In this document: positions 60,254 through 64,000 of the stretch, piece by piece | How positions within the stretch are numbered: the stretch's first letter is position 1 | Layout: each line of letters opens with the position of its first letter | Source of the DNA: the human T2T-CHM13v2.0 reference genome, Homo sapiens | Reading direction: 5' to 3' (one strand) | NCBI RefSeq assembly: GCF_009914755.1 | Contig: NC_060937.1 | Length of the DNA stretch: 64,000 bases | The notes under the pieces: generated by a model | The model's input: only the letters and a program-made list of their open reading frames with translations | The model's database searches: none | What the model was told of the DNA's origin: nothing | Program-made: the position numbers and the translations under genes

Positions 60254-63200
60254 CCAATGTCAAACCATTTAAATAATATATATTTAAATATTTATAAATA
60301 TTTTATCATAGATGTTCTTTAAGAAGAAAAAAACATTTATTCTTAAGGCATTTTAATAAGTACTCAAACCAATCAATCCATTTCAGTCTTCACGAGCATG
60401 AAGCTGCTATTCATGACAAAAGCCTGATTCTCGAAGCCAGGGCGTCATTTTTCACGACACAAACAAAATAATTCTTGGGCTGGCATTCCACCAAGCAATG
60501 TGACTCTGCAAATTTCTCCAAGGGAACACTTGCAGACAGCCCCTTCTACTACAGAAAAAAAAAAAAGATTCTAAATATTATATCAGGTAGAACTAACTAT
60601 GAAAGATCAAAATTCAAAGACACGCAATTGCATCCTAAGTCAATATCATATGGGTTTCAGATGTTTCTATGCCAAATCAAGTGCAGTTACCCATTCATTG
60701 TTTAGCGACAAGATGCAGGATGCTTTACAATGACTCAAATGCCCCTGAATTACTCATGGAAACCTGGGATGTGCTCCAGGACGGTGTGTGCAAATTGCTA
60801 TTCTCTGCTCCTGATGTTTGAAACAGAAGTTCCAACATTATCGTCATTTAATCTCTGACACATCGAAACGAGACTGAAGTATGAGACATTAGTCTGCCTT
60901 ATGCAAATCTTGACATCCCATAATGGGATGCAGAGCTTAGCATCCCCCAGGCTTCTTGCCTATGTGCGGGTCTTGTAGTGTTTTATCCTGTCTGAAGCAG
61001 TTAAATCTTTTTCACTCCCCTTGATGATTTCTCCCCACAGTGATTTATTTGTGTGTGGGGAGTTGGGGGTGTGAGTGCTCATGAAAATTAGAAAAAGTGT
61101 GGAAGATAATTTACTGAGGTGCTCTTCTGCTGATGATCTGTGACTGTCTGAATTCTTGTCTCATACAAAGTGGGGCGCTCCTCTGCATTCCAGAACCATT
61201 TTAAATCAATGCATAATTTTCCTCATTTTCCAAACGAGTAAGTCCTTTGGGGAAACTAGATTAACACCCCCAGAGAAGGGGGGTCTCCATTTATCACTAA
61301 GTGGACATTAAGCAAGCAGGAGCTGTGTGAAGTTTCTTCCTTTGCCATGTTAATAGACCTGGGCTTGACAAGAAGAGAATATGTCTCTTTGGAAGAAAAG
61401 GATTTTTTTTCTAATTTCTTTGCCTCTCTGTAGTAGCCAAGAGTGCTTGTGCCTGAGACTTGCAGCTATATATTTCATTGTTTTTAATCCCCTAAATGTC
61501 TAGTAGAAATAATACTGTGTTCATCTACACTTCGAAATGAACTTTCAATGTTAATAAATGTATCAGTAACCAAATTTATCTATGTTAAGAGCACAAAGCT
61601 CTTTGTTCCCTATATTAATTAGAAATATATATTTTTAATGCCTAAGGATTTGTTGTGAATGTTTGTGACATTTTTCTCACAACTTGTAGCGCTTTCTCTA
61701 TATAAATGCCCAATAATTCATACAGGGAAATTGTGCAAGCAGGAGGCCTATAAACCAGACTTGCACTAACTTGTGGAGCTAATTCCCTTACAGTCATCCA
61801 ATAAGCATGTACTTAATGTAAGCACAGGGATTGCTACTGGAAATCCAAAACACTGATAAACAAATCTGGCATTGCCTCTGCCCTCTCACAGACCATATAA
61901 GAGACAGAAGGTGCATCCACTTTCAGTGAAAGAAATTCCAAAGAGGAGAGAATTTCTAACCTGAGGGCCATAAACCACTCGTGGATTCGTAGTTGAGCTC
62001 CAAGTGGCCCATGAGCCCCCATGGTATACATGCCACTTGTTTGGGCAGAGGCTTCATAAGCTTTATCGGATCCTCCCAAAATGTCAGTGACGTGGGAAAA
62101 GTGAGGAGCCGCTGCAGGAGATGTGCACACACGGCATTTTCTGCAGCCAGAAGAAGAAAGAGGTAAATGCCTGAGAGAATCTGAGGGCCTTGCAACCAGA
62201 GCTGGCAGAAGGGCAAGAGGAATGTTAGAGGCGGATGATGGGTGGATGGAGCTCTCTAGGTGCAGAAGTCAGGGTAATAGACACTGCAGGCCAATGGATG
62301 AATATAGGTTGAGACATGAAACTTCAGGGTGTGTGGTTCCTTTAGAATATAGCCATGCATTTTTGAGGAAGAAGGAGGAGAAAATGACTTTCCTTGCATG
62401 GAATCAGAGCCTGATAGGCTTTGTACCTGGAAGCTCCTTGTTAGCTTGATGACAAGGCTCTGAATTATCTCCATTGTTTCTCTTCTGTCACATAGGAATT
62501 CAGCATTAACTCTTAGGATCTTTCCTACAAAGTGCAAAGAGCCAGAGGAAGAAAATGAACAAAAACCATAGCAGCGCTTCTAGGTGCATACGTATAATGG
62601 GAAATACTCAGATATACACTGTGACGTGTTAATGGCATCCTGGTCATAATATAAACAGCTATTTGTAAGTGGCTCTCTCCTGTTGACCAAGCACATTGAC
62701 GTCTCCTTTCTCCCCCTGGACCCTTGCGTCTCAGTGAGGCGGGTAAAGCAGGTGTTACCATCCCTATTTATTAATGAGCAATCTGAGACTTTGAGGGATT
62801 AAGTGATTTTCCCATAATCACAAAAACTAATCAGTCTCAAAGTCAGGAATCAAACACATCTCCTTTCTCCAAACCCTGGATTCTTTCTATTATGCCCTTC
62901 ATAGTCTCTGAAAACAATAAAATTAAAATAATGATACAAGGTCTCTGTTTGAGAAAGGAATTCCCCTCTGAAGTTAAACACAAACTCATTGCCAGGAAAA
63001 CATGTGGGAGGCGGACAGATAAAATTGTTTTGCCCATTGTCAATGTCCCACCAGACATCACTTTTGAAACAGAGCATGTTCTTCGTGTGCCCCCTGCCTT
63101 CTCCTCCTCTTTTTCTCCCCTTTCCTGGAAAATCCTTTCTACCCACCTGCCATAAAATACCTTCTGCAGTACCAGGGATGCACAGCACACGTGATAGACT

Positions 63201-64000
63201 AGGATTATTCCTCACATCCAAAACTCGTGTCTCCTCACTTTCCGTTTCTCTTTTTCTTGGCCTCTTTAAAGTTTTACTTGGGACTGAGTTCCTAATTACT
63301 GAAAAGAAATTCACACTGAAATTGTACTCACTTGCAGAGTAGCCCAGCATATTTTTTGTAGGACACATATGACTTGCTGGGGATGTGGACTTCAACCTCA
63401 TAAGTGGGGTGTCAGATGCCTGCCCCAGACCCACCAGAAATTAAATGGGTGGTGGGCCCTCACCTAGCACCAGGAACCATGCTAAGAACTGTACAGACAG
63501 ATGATCAGCAGTGATTCTCAATAGCGACCATGATTGGAACAGGGGAAAGACAGACAATCAAAAAGTCTTCATCGTTTGTCTCTACAGCAACTTTCTTTAA
63601 ACAGGCAAAAATCCATTCCTTTCTCAATTATGTGTACGTAGAAACCGACATCGGTAACAGCAAAGTGAGAAACATGACTAAATAAAGCCAGGGCTATACT
63701 CACAGCCCCTCAATAAATATTTGTTGGGAAAATATAAAGCTCATTGCTCTCGTGACTATGCTGTTCCCGCTAGGTCATGCCACTTCATTATTCTTTGAAA
63801 CCGAGGAGCAAAACCAAGCAGAAGGTTATGACTATTAAATATTTAGATCAATCTGATCAAAAAGGTACCCTATGAATTGCATGAACTGTCCTGAGAAATT
63901 ACCTTAACATATTAGCTGTAAATCTGCGGCAGCTAGCATGTCAGTCAGACCAGAGATACGTATCTAGCGTAAAGAGGTTATCATTTTTTAGATTAACCAA

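Noticed and set aside
62843-63434. Cluster of 115-194 aa ORFs on both strands near the window end
   Set aside because: No MYO16-like or other recognisable sequence, partly overlapping MIR and MER5-like remnants; the next MYO16 exon appears to lie beyond the window.

Overview
This is eukaryotic, primate (very likely human) genomic DNA, AT-rich and dense in Alu, L1, L2, MIR and LTR repeats. It lies inside the unconventional myosin gene MYO16 (NYAP3; human 13q33.3) on the + strand. Five internal coding exons splice in one continuous frame with canonical AG/GT boundaries: 14175-14277, 33752-33848, 38494-38740, 40664-40932 and 53642-54754. They encode the end of the motor/converter, the single IQ motif and the proline-rich NYAP-homology tail with two YxxM motifs. 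The gene's start and end are outside the window. Nearly all other ORFs in the track are repeat-derived or chance ORFs. Notable structures are: a near full-length Hsmar1 mariner nested in a MaLR LTR plus a separate half-MADE1 TIR; a ~250-bp non-Alu inverted duplication next to a long TA-rich tract; a possible intronic-polyadenylation short isoform after the 40664 exon; two intact solo ERV1 LTRs bracketing the CpG-island signalling exon; and several unusual retroinsertions. I found no convincing new multi-gene system, so the findings are regulatory or structural hypotheses. Repeat family names are recognised from memory of consensus sequences, and old repeat boundaries are approximate.
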